From: an uncultured bacterium
GTDB taxonomy: Bacteria > Bacillota_I > Bacilli_A > RFN20 > CAG-826
DNA: 64,000 bases
Reading direction: 5' to 3'
Assembly (NCBI GenBank): GCA_949291375.1
Contig: CASEVI010000001.1
Span: forward strand, 2,967-66,966
The notes under the pieces were generated by a model. It was not told the DNA's origin, did no database searches, and was given only the letters and a program-made list of their open reading frames with translations. Of this stretch, positions 1 through 9,423 are shown one piece after another (the stretch's first letter is position 1; every line of letters starts with the position of its first letter). Position numbers and translations under genes: made by a program.

Positions 1-2022
1 ATATTGAATTGAAGAAAAATTCGTTAAATCAACATTTTTAATAATATAAATGAATTCATTATCTAAAGCTGAATTTTTAATATCATCATTAATAACTTCG
101 CTAGTAGTCCCATTTGTTGTTAAAAATTTAGGATTTACTATATCTGTAATAGTATCGTCATTAATATGAATTACTTCACTTTTTCCTTTATAAACACCAT
201 GTGTTTGTTTAACCATTGAAGGAGAATTGTGATAATAAAAGTCAACTTGATTATTAATATTACCAGAAGAATCTAAACCAGTAACAAATTTAGCTTCAAG
301 AACTTTTTCGATACCGACAATAAAATACGATGAATTTTCATATTTATGATTAGCAGTACCTGTTGAAATTATTTCACAATTACATATTTGATAAAAAGCA
401 TTGCTTAAAATTTCGATATGTTTTCCACGTAATGAATTAAATGAATTTGAATTTTCAATTATGGTTTTAACATCGTTAAACCCACCAGAAAAATTAATAT
501 TACCAGAAGGGTAATTATTCAATAATGTTTTGTTAGTTAAGAAAATATATACATTGTATAAAGAATCTTCATCACCATATTTTTCAAAAAAATTATTGTT
601 ATTAAAATCGTATAATTTATGGGACCCACCTTCATAACGCCCATCACTAGTGTTATCAATAGCGGCCGCAGCACCTTCTATAATCGTAGAACCTTTACTT
701 TCTCCAAGAGTAACATTTTTAACCGACCCATATATAAATGGAACATCAATGCCATCTACATTAAGCATAATTTGTTCATCGTGATATAAAAAATTTTGTT
801 TTTTTCCGTTTATATTTAAGTCGATCGAGTCTTTGCCGCCGTTAACTGTTGTTTTGTCGTCAACCCAGCCATCATCACCACCATAATAATCGTAAGCTTT
901 TCCGCTACTAAAAATAGGAAATAATCTAATAACATTATTTTCGTCGGCATACTGATCTAAATTTCTCATTATATCGAATAAATCAATAACATCTTTACAA
1001 GTAAAAGAACCCGATTTAAGATCTTCATTATCTGCAACTATATGGACAGAAAAATTTTTACTATCATCAAAATAACCCCATGAAGCGAATGTATAATTAT
1101 AATAGGATTCGTTAGAATCAGGATAATCGTCACCCATTTCATTTTGAGGAGTTGGAATTAAATCATAAATACTTGTTGATAAAGTGTCTGTTACTGTTAA
1201 TTTTATAGGCAAATAGTTTGAACCGGCATCATCAACATTTTCCCAGTAACCAAGTCTTTTGCTTCTATCGTGTATTTTGCCATCTTCAGATTCATAACTA
1301 TAGCCAGGAACATTGTCATTATAGACTGAATCGTTATTCCACAAATCATCATCATTATCAATATAATCAAGTACTCCATCAGTCTCATTTTCATAAAACA
1401 AATCATTTATTACTGTTTGTTTATAAGAATAAGGATCTGTATTTAAACCACCAATATAATTCCGATAATAATATGATCCCCAATCATCCGATCCCCACCC
1501 ATGGTGCTCTACAGACGCAAAGTCAGATCGAATTAAAGTTAAATAAGCATTATCCCCAAAAGTATTATTATTTAATGTCTCTGAACTTTTTGCATTATAT
1601 TCGTTTTTCTCACTGGTTTTTTTTATAACATTTCCATCTTCATCAAAATTCCGCTCAACATAGCCGAAACAATCTTCAGGTAAAATAGTATCTAAAGTCA
1701 TTCTTTTATAATATATTAAATCATAAATATTTTGAGGGCGTTCTCCAGGATTTTGTACATTAGTAACTGGCTTTAAATATCTACTATATTGTTCAGTATA
1801 AAATGTAGAAGGAAAAAAATAGATTGTATATTCAGTTGAGGTATCACTACTATTAGCACTACTATCATAGTTTTCTTTAATATTATCGATTCCTCCAAAA
1901 TTAACACCTGTATCTTTTTTAACTGTTTCACTATTAAATACCCAATAAGAAAAACCAATAGTAGGTACTACTATTAATAATGCTAAAAATATTATAAAAA
2001 TAGATAATAATCTTTTTTTCAT
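1..2022 (-). CDS. Large secreted/surface protein (putative adhesin or fibre accessory subunit), >674 aa, runs off the window's left edge; not in ORF track
   Basis: ATG at 2022-2020; manual translation shows no stop down to position 1: MKKRLLSIFIIFLALLIVVPTIGFSYWVFNSETVKKDTG...; signal-peptide N-terminus; D/N/Y/G-rich body; YTFASWGY segment recalls Listeria-Bacteroides-type repeats. Confidence 0.85.
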   Translation of the reverse strand, partial: MKKRLLSIFIIFLALLIVVPTIGFSYWVFNSETVKKDTGVNFGGIDNIKENYDSSANSSDTSTEYTIYFFPSTFYTEQYSRYLKPVTNVQNPGERPQNIYDLIYYKRMTLDTILPEDCFGYVERNFDEDGNVIKKTSEKNEYNAKSSETLNNNTFGDNAYLTLIRSDFASVEHHGWGSDDWGSYYYRNYIGGLNTDPYSYKQTVINDLFYENETDGVLDYIDNDDDLWNNDSVYNDNVPGYSYESEDGKIHDRSKRLGYWENVDDAGSNYLPIKLTVTDTLSTSIYDLIPTPQNEMGDDYPDSNESYYNYTFASWGYFDDSKNFSVHIVADNEDLKSGSFTCKDVIDLFDIMRNLDQYADENNVIRLFPIFSSGKAYDYYGGDDGWVDDKTTVNGGKDSIDLNINGKKQNFLYHDEQIMLNVDGIDVPFIYGSVKNVTLGESKGSTIIEGAAAAIDNTSDGRYEGGSHKLYDFNNNNFFEKYGDEDSLYNVYIFLTNKTLLNNYPSGNINFSGGFNDVKTIIENSNSFNSLRGKHIEILSNAFYQICNCEIISTGTANHKYENSSYFIVGIEKVLEAKFVTGLDSSGNINNQVDFYYHNSPSMVKQTHGVYKGKSEVIHINDDTITDIVNPKFLTTNGTTSEVINDDIKNSALDNEFIYIIKNVDLTNFSSIQY

Positions 2023-2494
2023 TTCTTTAATTTCTTTTATATTTATAATCTTAAATATTTTAAATAAATTAATTATTTAAAATATGTATATTTTATTTTT
2101 AATAAAAATTATTATTTATTTTTTAAAAATTAAATATTTAAGATTATATATAAAATTACACTCCCTAAAATAATAAATATAATTTTTAAATAGATAAGTA
2201 ATAACAAATAATTAAATAATTATTAATCTTAAAATTATTTAATTAGTTCACTCTCTAATATTGACTAATTAAATAATTAATAGTTTTATGTTTTCAAATA
2301 ATAATCAAATAATGATTGATAGTCCTTAAAATAAGGGAAAGAAGAAATGAATTAATATATTTATTAAAATAAATATTAATTCGTTTTCTATCCCTTATTT
2401 TAATTATCTTATTTAATTATTATATTTTTATCTATCTTAAATATTAGGATATAAGATAGATTGATTTGATAGATTCATTGTTTAGATAGGTTGA

Positions 2495-3127
2495 TTAAGC
2501 ATTGACTAATTCTGCTGTAATTGTAACAGCGTTTTTATCTGCAATAGATTCAATTGCATTTTTCCAAGTTGTATATGCAGTACTTGATGTTGGTTTTCCA
2601 GTTGTTCCACTTCCAGCTGCTTGATAATCAATAAAATTATTTTCGGTTTTATCAGTTCCTAATGTTAATTCAGCAACATTAGAAGATAAAGAAACAGTTG
2701 TTGTAGCTTCATAATCACTTGTTCTTCCTGTTGCATCATTTGCAATTTTTAAATATGGTCTATAAGCCTCAGCAATTGTAATACTGAATTTAACACTATC
2801 AAAATTTGTTCCATCTGTTGCTGTACCATTTTTAGAAGCTGTTAATGTAGTAACGGCTGTATTAGTATCATTTGTAGTAGCAAAATATATACCTTTTGTT
2901 ACATCATCTTTATTGCTTGAGCCACCTTGATCTAAAACTAAAGTTAAATTGGAGTAATTTAAAGTAATAGAATAATTATTTGATGTCATATCTGTAATTG
3001 TAACACCTAAAGTATTTGTTGCTTTAGTATTAGATTCACTAAAACTCCAACTTGAAAATCCACTTCCTACTAAAACTCCGGCAGTTAAAAGTGGTAAAAC
3101 TGTCATTAATAATTTTCTTTTTAACAT
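2495..3127 (-). CDS. Secreted Thr/Ser/Ala/Asn-rich 210-aa protein, putative major fibre/pilin-like subunit with SipW-like signal peptide
   Basis: ORF track; MLKRKLLMTVLPLLTAGVLVGSGFSSWSF; strong SD (AAGGGGAG/AAGGA) just upstream; beta-rich composition; C-terminal VTITAELV strand. Function is inference. Confidence 0.8.
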   Translation of the reverse strand: MLKRKLLMTVLPLLTAGVLVGSGFSSWSFSESNTKATNTLGVTITDMTSNNYSITLNYSNLTLVLDQGGSSNKDDVTKGIYFATTNDTNTAVTTLTASKNGTATDGTNFDSVKFSITIAEAYRPYLKIANDATGRTSDYEATTTVSLSSNVAELTLGTDKTENNFIDYQAAGSGTTGKPTSSTAYTTWKNAIESIADKNAVTITAELVNA

Positions 3128-3133
3128 ATGTCC

Positions 3134-3693
3134 TTAACTCCCCTTAAGAATAATAAATTAGAAAATTTATATATAAAAAGACGACACCTATCCCAATGCC
3201 ACTTTAATTAAAGCAAAAATAAAAAAAAAAAAAATAGAACTATATTTTTTGACTATAAAGTCAATATAAAATATAGAGATAATTATCTATCTTTTTAATT
3301 GATAATATTGATTAAATTACTATTTATCTTATAAATTTATTTAAATTATGAAGATTTCTTGAATATCTTCATAATTAAAATTCTATTTATAAGTATAAAC
3401 AGTAATTATAATAAACAATAAAGACATAGTTAATAAGTAGGAAGTAGTAAATTTTATATTAAATACACCACAATATGTGCTTATTTAATACTTTTTATTT
3501 TTAAAATAATAATTAATAGTTAATAACAATAACATCTTTACTATTGCGCTTTTTTCTTATTATTAATTTAGATCTATCCCTTAATTATTTTTAATTTAGT
3601 TTAATTTAATATTTTTTTTACTTATTATTTTTTATTAATTATTAATTATTATTTTAGTTAATTATTTAATATAGTTTTCTTAAGGGGAGTTAA
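3134..3693. repeat. Perfect 17-bp inverted repeat pair (3134-3150 / 3677-3693) overlapping the RBS of the 210-aa gene
   Basis: TTAACTCCCCTTAAGAA at 3134-3150; exact reverse complement TTCTTAAGGGGAGTTAA at 3677-3693. Confidence 0.9.
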
Positions 3694-3875
3694 TAAAACT
3701 AACGTTAACCTTATAAATTAATTAAGAATATTAATGAATAAGTTTTTTTAAGTTAAAGAAAATAAAAATAACTTAAATTAATAAATAGATGAATAATAAT
3801 AGTTATTAAGTTAATTAATTACATTTAAATATTAAAAATATTAAATGTAATTAATTATAGAAGTAATAAAACGTA

Positions 3876-4010
3876 TTAATATTTCTTTACTTCGTTAAAA
3901 CTAACATTACTCTTTAAAAGTAAGAAATACCAAGCACAGAAGCTAACGCCTAAAGTTAATAAAGCGATAGCTAATATAAGAATAAATCTAGCTACTCTTC
4001 TTATTAGCAT
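3876..4010 (-). CDS. 44-aa micro-protein consisting mostly of a signal-peptide-like segment; not in ORF track
   Basis: AGAGGAAAAAGT-ATG; MLIRRVARFILILAIALLTLGVSFCAWYFLLLKSNVSFNEVKKY*; SFCAWYF matches the GFSSWSF/GFSYWVF motif of the two downstream genes. Confidence 0.7.
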   Translation of the reverse strand: MLIRRVARFILILAIALLTLGVSFCAWYFLLLKSNVSFNEVKKY

Positions 4011-4057
4011 ACTTTTTCCTCTGTTGCTTATTTATAATATTAACTATTTAAGAAGAT

Positions 4058-4446
4058 TTGTGAAGAAAGAAATTTCACATATCTTTACAAAAAAGAATAT
4101 AAAAATATAAATAAAATTTTGTGAAATTAAGTGAAAACATGATAAAAATAATGATAAAATTCTTATTTTTTCCGATTATTATCGAAAAAAATCTTCTTCA
4201 CAGAAATTCTAAATATTTTAATGAAAGTTTAAATTTTTGTCATTATTTTAACGAGTGTCGGATATTTTTAAACAATAAAAAAATAGTAATTTTTAATAAA
4301 AATTAACAAGTCGTTACAAATTTTTAATATATTTTTCAATAAATTTCACATGTTTTCACATTTTTTTAATTGACTTTATAGTTAATATTTTTTAGACAAC
4401 CCTCCTTTATATACAAGAATGCTAAAAAGAAGCGAAAATATTCACA
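4058..4446. promoter_or_regulatory. Cluster of TTTCACA-like boxes, several in 10-bp-period direct repeats (candidate OmpR-family operator sites)
   Basis: tttcaat/tttcaca/tttcaca at 4334/4344/4354; tgtgaaa/agtgaaa at 4120/4130; more copies at 4059, 4073, 4196, 4440; ttttgca/tttcaca at 6484/6494. Confidence 0.45.
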
Positions 4447-5211
4447 TTTTTTTAAAATTTTAAAGAATTTAAAGAAAGCAAATTAATTTCAATTATTATT
4501 TTGGCTTATAGAAGATTTTTGACATTGATAAGAAAAATCATCTTTGAAAACAAAGAAAAATAAAGTCATAAAAGCTAAACTTGAGATTTTAATGAGTTCT
4601 TCTTATTAATTTGTTTTCCTTTGTTTACACCGATATTTTGATACATTTGCATCGACATTTACAACGACATTAAAGATTAACAAGGTTAAAATTTTTCCTT
4701 ATAAGACACTAAAGTGCCAAACGTCCGTCACTTTAAAATTTCGACCCTTGCTAACTCGACATTTTTCGATTTTAATATATGTACGAATTTAAACCTTGTT
4801 GCTGCAGTTTTTGCACCAACCTCATTGCTATCACTTGTCGATACCAATTTATAACTTATTAATTTTTTAATCTAAACATCTATAACAATAACTACTACTC
4901 TTTCTAGTTAAAGAGAATTCAATAATAAAAAATTATATTCTTAAGGCAAAACTTTAATAAATATAATTTGTTCTTATTTAGGATAATTAAATTCTTCTTT
5001 CTTTATTTCCCTAGCACGGAGATAAGGATCATTTCTTTGACAACTATATTTTCTTTTTAATTTGACTTTTGACCTACTTCCTAAAAGTCTTATATTCTTT
5101 TATGAGGCTTTCTTAACTTTTAAAAATCAAAAATCAATAAAGTTTTTCTTTAGGAAAAGTAAAAACATTATATATTTTAGATATTCTAACTAATTTTAAA
5201 CTTGCTTAGAT

Positions 5212-5260
5212 AAAATAAAAAGCAACATTTCTTATAACACCAAGTTTTAGATATGTTGCT
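5212..5260 (-). terminator. Probable intrinsic terminator of the regulator gene
   Basis: AGCAACAT...ATGTTGCT stem (5221-5260) followed on the - strand by TTTTATTTT. Confidence 0.55.
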
Positions 5261-5264
5261 TAAT

Positions 5265-6308
5265 TTACTTATTATTTTTTACTAATTCGTTATAGATATC
5301 TCTAAATGTATCGCTTAAATTTTTATCCTGACCATTTAAATTAATAATTCTTCCAGGATTTTCAAGTTCTATAACTTCATCGTAATTTTCTTTATTTCCT
5401 AATGGATCAAAATAGTAGCCTTTTCCAAATATAATTTTAATATATTCTTTATTATTAACATTAATTTTTGCTCTAATTGTTGATAAATGTCTAGGAACAG
5501 ATGTTCTTTCACTCAAAGATGGTTCTTTCTATAATCTATCATAAATTTCATGAGCACTAAATACTCTATTTGGATTAGAAGCTAATAAGAAGAGAATCTT
5601 AAATTGAATTGGAGTAAATTTAGTTTTCTTATTATTAACTTTGACACTCTTTTTAACATTATTAATTTCAAGATCACTTGTTTTAATAATTTCTTTAACG
5701 ATTAATTTTAATCTTAATCTTATTTTAAGTTCATTGAGGAATGTTAAATATTCTTTAGTAAATATTGCTTCAACATTTTTATGTAAATTAGAATCGTCAT
5801 TAAAATCTTTATAATCAATATTTTCTAAATAAGAATAGTTAAAGTTATCAATGACAACTTTAATATAATTAGACATATAAATAAAATCAATAAATATATT
5901 ATCGTCTGAGAAAAGTTCAACAAATTTAGAATTGCCTTCTTTATTAAATAATTCATCATAAATTACAAGTTTATTAATTTCTTTAAACATGTTAACGATT
6001 TCTAAACAATCTTTATCGTTTAAAATATTTTTATAGAATGTTAAAGAAAGTAAAACTATATCGATTCTTTGATAGGTTGGATTATTTTTATCTGTTTCCA
6101 TCTCTTTTTTTAAAACTGTTAAAGCTTTATATCGAGTAGAAACTAAAAGTAAATTGAATTCGTTTTCTAAAAAGAGTGACAAATGAAAAAGAAAGGTTAA
6201 AGATTCATCTAATACTAAAACCTTTGGACGATATGATTTACTAATTGATAGTGGGAAATTGTTCCTTTTTTCTTTTTTTAATACTTCATTTTTCACATTC
6301 TTTTCCAT
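5265..6308 (-). pseudogene. OmpR/PhoB-family winged-helix regulator with degenerate receiver domain, interrupted by one in-frame TAG (5531-5529)
   Basis: The 259-aa and 83-aa ORFs are in the same frame: ...FTPIQFKILFLLASNPNRVFSAHEIYDRL*KEPSLSERTSVPRHLSTIRAKI...YIKIIFGKGYYF is a complete OmpR wHTH; receiver KVLVLDE...IDIVLLSL has Ser at the phospho-Asp position. Confidence 0.8.
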
Positions 6309-6656
6309 AAATTTTAATCTAACAACTTATAACGACGTGTTTTTAAAGAAAAGATTGATATTTGTAATTTTAATTTAAAAAGAGAATTGCCATATATAAA
6401 TTATTACTTTTTAAATCCTTAAAATATTCTCTTTTCTTACTTTTATAATTAAATTGACAAATAATTAAAGATATTAGGGTTATTTTTGCAAATTTTCACA
6501 CTTATTTATGAAAAAATCACCAAAAATTACTATTTTCATAGTTTTTTTGGCTTACTTTTAATAAATATTTATTACCTTTATTGATTTTATTATAAGATAG
6601 ATTTTTAAAAAATAAAGTAGAAATTTTTACAAATTTTCATCTTTTAAACTTAATTT

Positions 6657-7484
6657 TTATTTATAAAATACTTTATTTAAATATAATCCTTTAGCATCTA
6701 CTTGATAATTTATTATCTTTCTATTTTTTATATTATTTAAATAATTAACTATTTCTTCTTTACTTATTTTATTTTCATTATAGGCTAAAAAAGTTCCGAT
6801 TATTTTTCTAATTTCATAGCGCATAAATCCATCACCAATAAATGTTATTTTTATATATTTATTACTTATTTTTGATATTTTTATATTAAAAATAGTTCTT
6901 ATAAAGTTATCTTCATCTTCTTTTTTAGATGTAAAATTAATAAAATTATGTTTTCCAATAAATTCTTTAGCTATATCATTTAATTTATTTATATCAAGAC
7001 TTTTATTATAAAAAAGTTCATAGTTTCTTTTTAATGGATCATATTCTTTTATATTAATAAGATAAAAATATTCTTTTTTTAAGGAAGAAAAACGTGAAGA
7101 AAAAGATAAAGAAACTTTACTTATTTTTTTTATATAAATATCGGATGGTAAAAGTTTATTCATTTTATATTTAAAAAGTGATAAATCTTCAATTTTTTTA
7201 ATTGTAAAAAAGTTTGCAACTTGATTTAAAGCATGTACTCCTTTATCAGTTCTTCCACTACTATAAATTTTAGTCTCTTTTTGAAAGGTGATAATTTTAT
7301 TTAAAACTTTTTCAATTTCCTCTTGAACACTTCTTTCATTTCTTTGTTTTTGATAACCAAAAAAAGAGGTTCCATCATAAGAAAAAATAATTTTATAGTT
7401 ATAATTACCTAACTTTTCTTGAATTTCTTTAATTTTTATTTTTGTTTCTTCATTTCTTATATGCATATATAAATATTTTATCAA
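6657..7484 (-). CDS. truA: tRNA pseudouridine(38-40) synthase
   Basis: YDGTSFFGYQKQ, SSGRTDKGVHA, GDGFMRYEIR motifs; follows the ecf genes as usual in Bacillota. Confidence 0.95.
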   Translation of the reverse strand: MIKYLYMHIRNEETKIKIKEIQEKLGNYNYKIIFSYDGTSFFGYQKQRNERSVQEEIEKVLNKIITFQKETKIYSSGRTDKGVHALNQVANFFTIKKIEDLSLFKYKMNKLLPSDIYIKKISKVSLSFSSRFSSLKKEYFYLINIKEYDPLKRNYELFYNKSLDINKLNDIAKEFIGKHNFINFTSKKEDEDNFIRTIFNIKISKISNKYIKITFIGDGFMRYEIRKIIGTFLAYNENKISKEEIVNYLNNIKNRKIINYQVDAKGLYLNKVFYK

Positions 7485-7652
7485 CTATAAAGAATTATTA
7501 GTCATAAAATTTTAAATTTTATTTCAAAAAAAAGATAATAAAATAAAAAGTCGATAATTATCGTATATTTTATATTTTTCAAAAAAAATCGAACGAGTTT
7601 TTAATGATTTTGCAAATTTTCCAAGGGACTTTTATAAAAATTTAAGAACAAA

Positions 7653-8534
7653 TTACCAAGTAGGTATATTAAATATTGAGTTTAAAAAATCATCAAAACC
7701 TGGAACATATGAGGCAAAACATGATGCAGCAATCATAATTCCAGCTACTAAAAGAATAAAAAATATTGCTAATAAATCTCTATAGGTAAAATGTAGGGTT
7801 TTATAGTGACTTCTTTTTTTATAAGGATCATAACCTCTTGCTTCCATAGCAATAGCAAGTTCATCGCTTCTTGAAAAACAACTTACTAAAAGAGGAATAA
7901 TTAAAGTGGTTATTGATCTAATTTTACTCATTAAAAATCCACGATTATAATCAACACCTCTACTTTTTTGGGCATTCATAATTCTATTGGATTCATTTAA
8001 AAGAGTTGGAATAAATCTTAAAGCTAGTGAAATAGTTAAAGAAACTATTTGTGTAGGAAATTTAACAATTCTTAATGGGGTTAAATACCATTCAAGAGCA
8101 TATGTAATATCCATTGGTAGAGTTGTAGAAGTTAGAATAATAGTTAAAGCAACCATTAAAAGAAGTCTTAAAATGACATGACCAACATTTAAAAGTCCAT
8201 CATAATAAAGAGCATATCCATTTTCGAATTGATAAATCAAATATTTTCCTTCGTTAGGTAAGAAAAACATAAAAATAAGTAGGAAAATAAACATAACCCA
8301 CATTGAAGAAAGGCTTTTAAAGAATGATTTAAAAGAAACTTTCCCTATAATCATTATTAAAGAAATGATTATAGTTAAAAATCCTAAAACGATAAAACGA
8401 TTAGTATAATTCCCATAAGGTAAAAATGTAACAACCATTAATAAAATTAAACTAAATAATTTAAAACGTGGATCAAGACGATGAATAATCGTGTTATATG
8501 GAGAATATTTACCTAAAATATTGCTATTTGCCAT
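7653..8534 (-). CDS. ecfT: ECF transporter transmembrane component T
   Basis: HRLDPRFK, LALRFIPTL, AQKSRG, AMEARGY motifs. Confidence 0.95.
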   Translation of the reverse strand: MANSNILGKYSPYNTIIHRLDPRFKLFSLILLMVVTFLPYGNYTNRFIVLGFLTIIISLIMIIGKVSFKSFFKSLSSMWVMFIFLLIFMFFLPNEGKYLIYQFENGYALYYDGLLNVGHVILRLLLMVALTIILTSTTLPMDITYALEWYLTPLRIVKFPTQIVSLTISLALRFIPTLLNESNRIMNAQKSRGVDYNRGFLMSKIRSITTLIIPLLVSCFSRSDELAIAMEARGYDPYKKRSHYKTLHFTYRDLLAIFFILLVAGIMIAASCFASYVPGFDDFLNSIFNIPTW

Positions 8535-9423
8535 AACTTTCTCCTATTACATCAACTAATTCATCAATTGTATTAGCATTAGAAATATCTTTATTAAAAC
8601 CAAATTCATCTAAATATCTTTTAAATTTATAAAAAGAAGGTATTTCTAAAGAATAATTACTTAAATCTTTAGAATTAAATAATTCATTTGGAGTAACCAT
8701 TTTTATAAAACGAGAATCTTTTAAAACAACAACTTTTGTAGCATATTCCATTACTACATCCATGTCGTGTGTAACAATAATAATCGTTGTTCCTTTTTCA
8801 TGAATTTTTTTAATTAAACCTAAAACTTCTTTTTTTCCATTTGGATCAAGTCCAACAGTAGGTTCGTCTAAAACTAAAATTGAAGGAGATGAAGCAATAA
8901 TTCCAGCAATTGCTACTCTTCTTTTTTCTCCGCCACTTATTTCAAAAGGACTTTTTTCATAATAGCTTTCATCAATTCCAACTTCACTCAATGCTTCAAT
9001 CGCTTTATTTTTAGCTTCCTCTTCTTTCATTCCAAAATTTAAAGGACCAAACATTACATCTTTTAAAATTGTTTCACTAAAAAGTTGATATTCAGGAAAT
9101 TGGAAAACCATTCCAACTTCTTTTCTTAAACTTGCAAACTTTTTAAAATCTTTCTTTTTTAATCCCTTTTCTTTTCTTAATTTTTTAATAATTTCTTTAT
9201 CAGCAGTTACATAATAATCTAAAACTTTTGTATAACCACTAGTAGGAAGTAATAAGCCATTTAAAGTTTGAACTAAAGTAGATTTCCCACTTCCCGTATG
9301 ACCAACAAGAGCAATAAAATCACCTCTTTCAATATTAAAACTTACCTCTTTTAAGGCATCATAATGATTAGGATCTTTTTTGTTATAAATAAAAGATATG
9401 TTATCAAAATTAATTAACGACAT
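8524..9423 (-). CDS. ecfA2: ECF transporter ATPase EcfA2
   Basis: GHTGSGKST, VFQFPEYQLF, ISGGEKRR, LDEPT. Confidence 0.95.
   Translation of the reverse strand: MSLINFDNISFIYNKKDPNHYDALKEVSFNIERGDFIALVGHTGSGKSTLVQTLNGLLLPTSGYTKVLDYYVTADKEIIKKLRKEKGLKKKDFKKFASLRKEVGMVFQFPEYQLFSETILKDVMFGPLNFGMKEEEAKNKAIEALSEVGIDESYYEKSPFEISGGEKRRVAIAGIIASSPSILVLDEPTVGLDPNGKKEVLGLIKKIHEKGTTIIIVTHDMDVVMEYATKVVVLKDSRFIKMVTPNELFNSKDLSNYSLEIPSFYKFKRYLDEFGFNKDISNANTIDELVDVIGESYGK

Noticed and set aside
1203-1958. Track ORFs 1203-1406, 1218-1628 and 1773-1958
   Set aside because: Alternate-frame or antisense shadows of the long ORF running from 2022 to the window edge
4058-4080. Rex or CRP box (TTGTGAA...TTCACA)
   Set aside because: Spacer is 9 nt, not the 4 nt of Rex, and does not fit CRP geometry
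4121-4306. 61-aa + strand ORF
   Set aside because: GTG start inside the repeat boxes, no RBS, low-complexity AT-driven composition
5529-5531. Genome-wide TAG recoding
   Set aside because: TAG ends smpB, rfbB, uvrA and the tmRNA tag at normal positions; the single internal TAG is better explained as TGG to TAG
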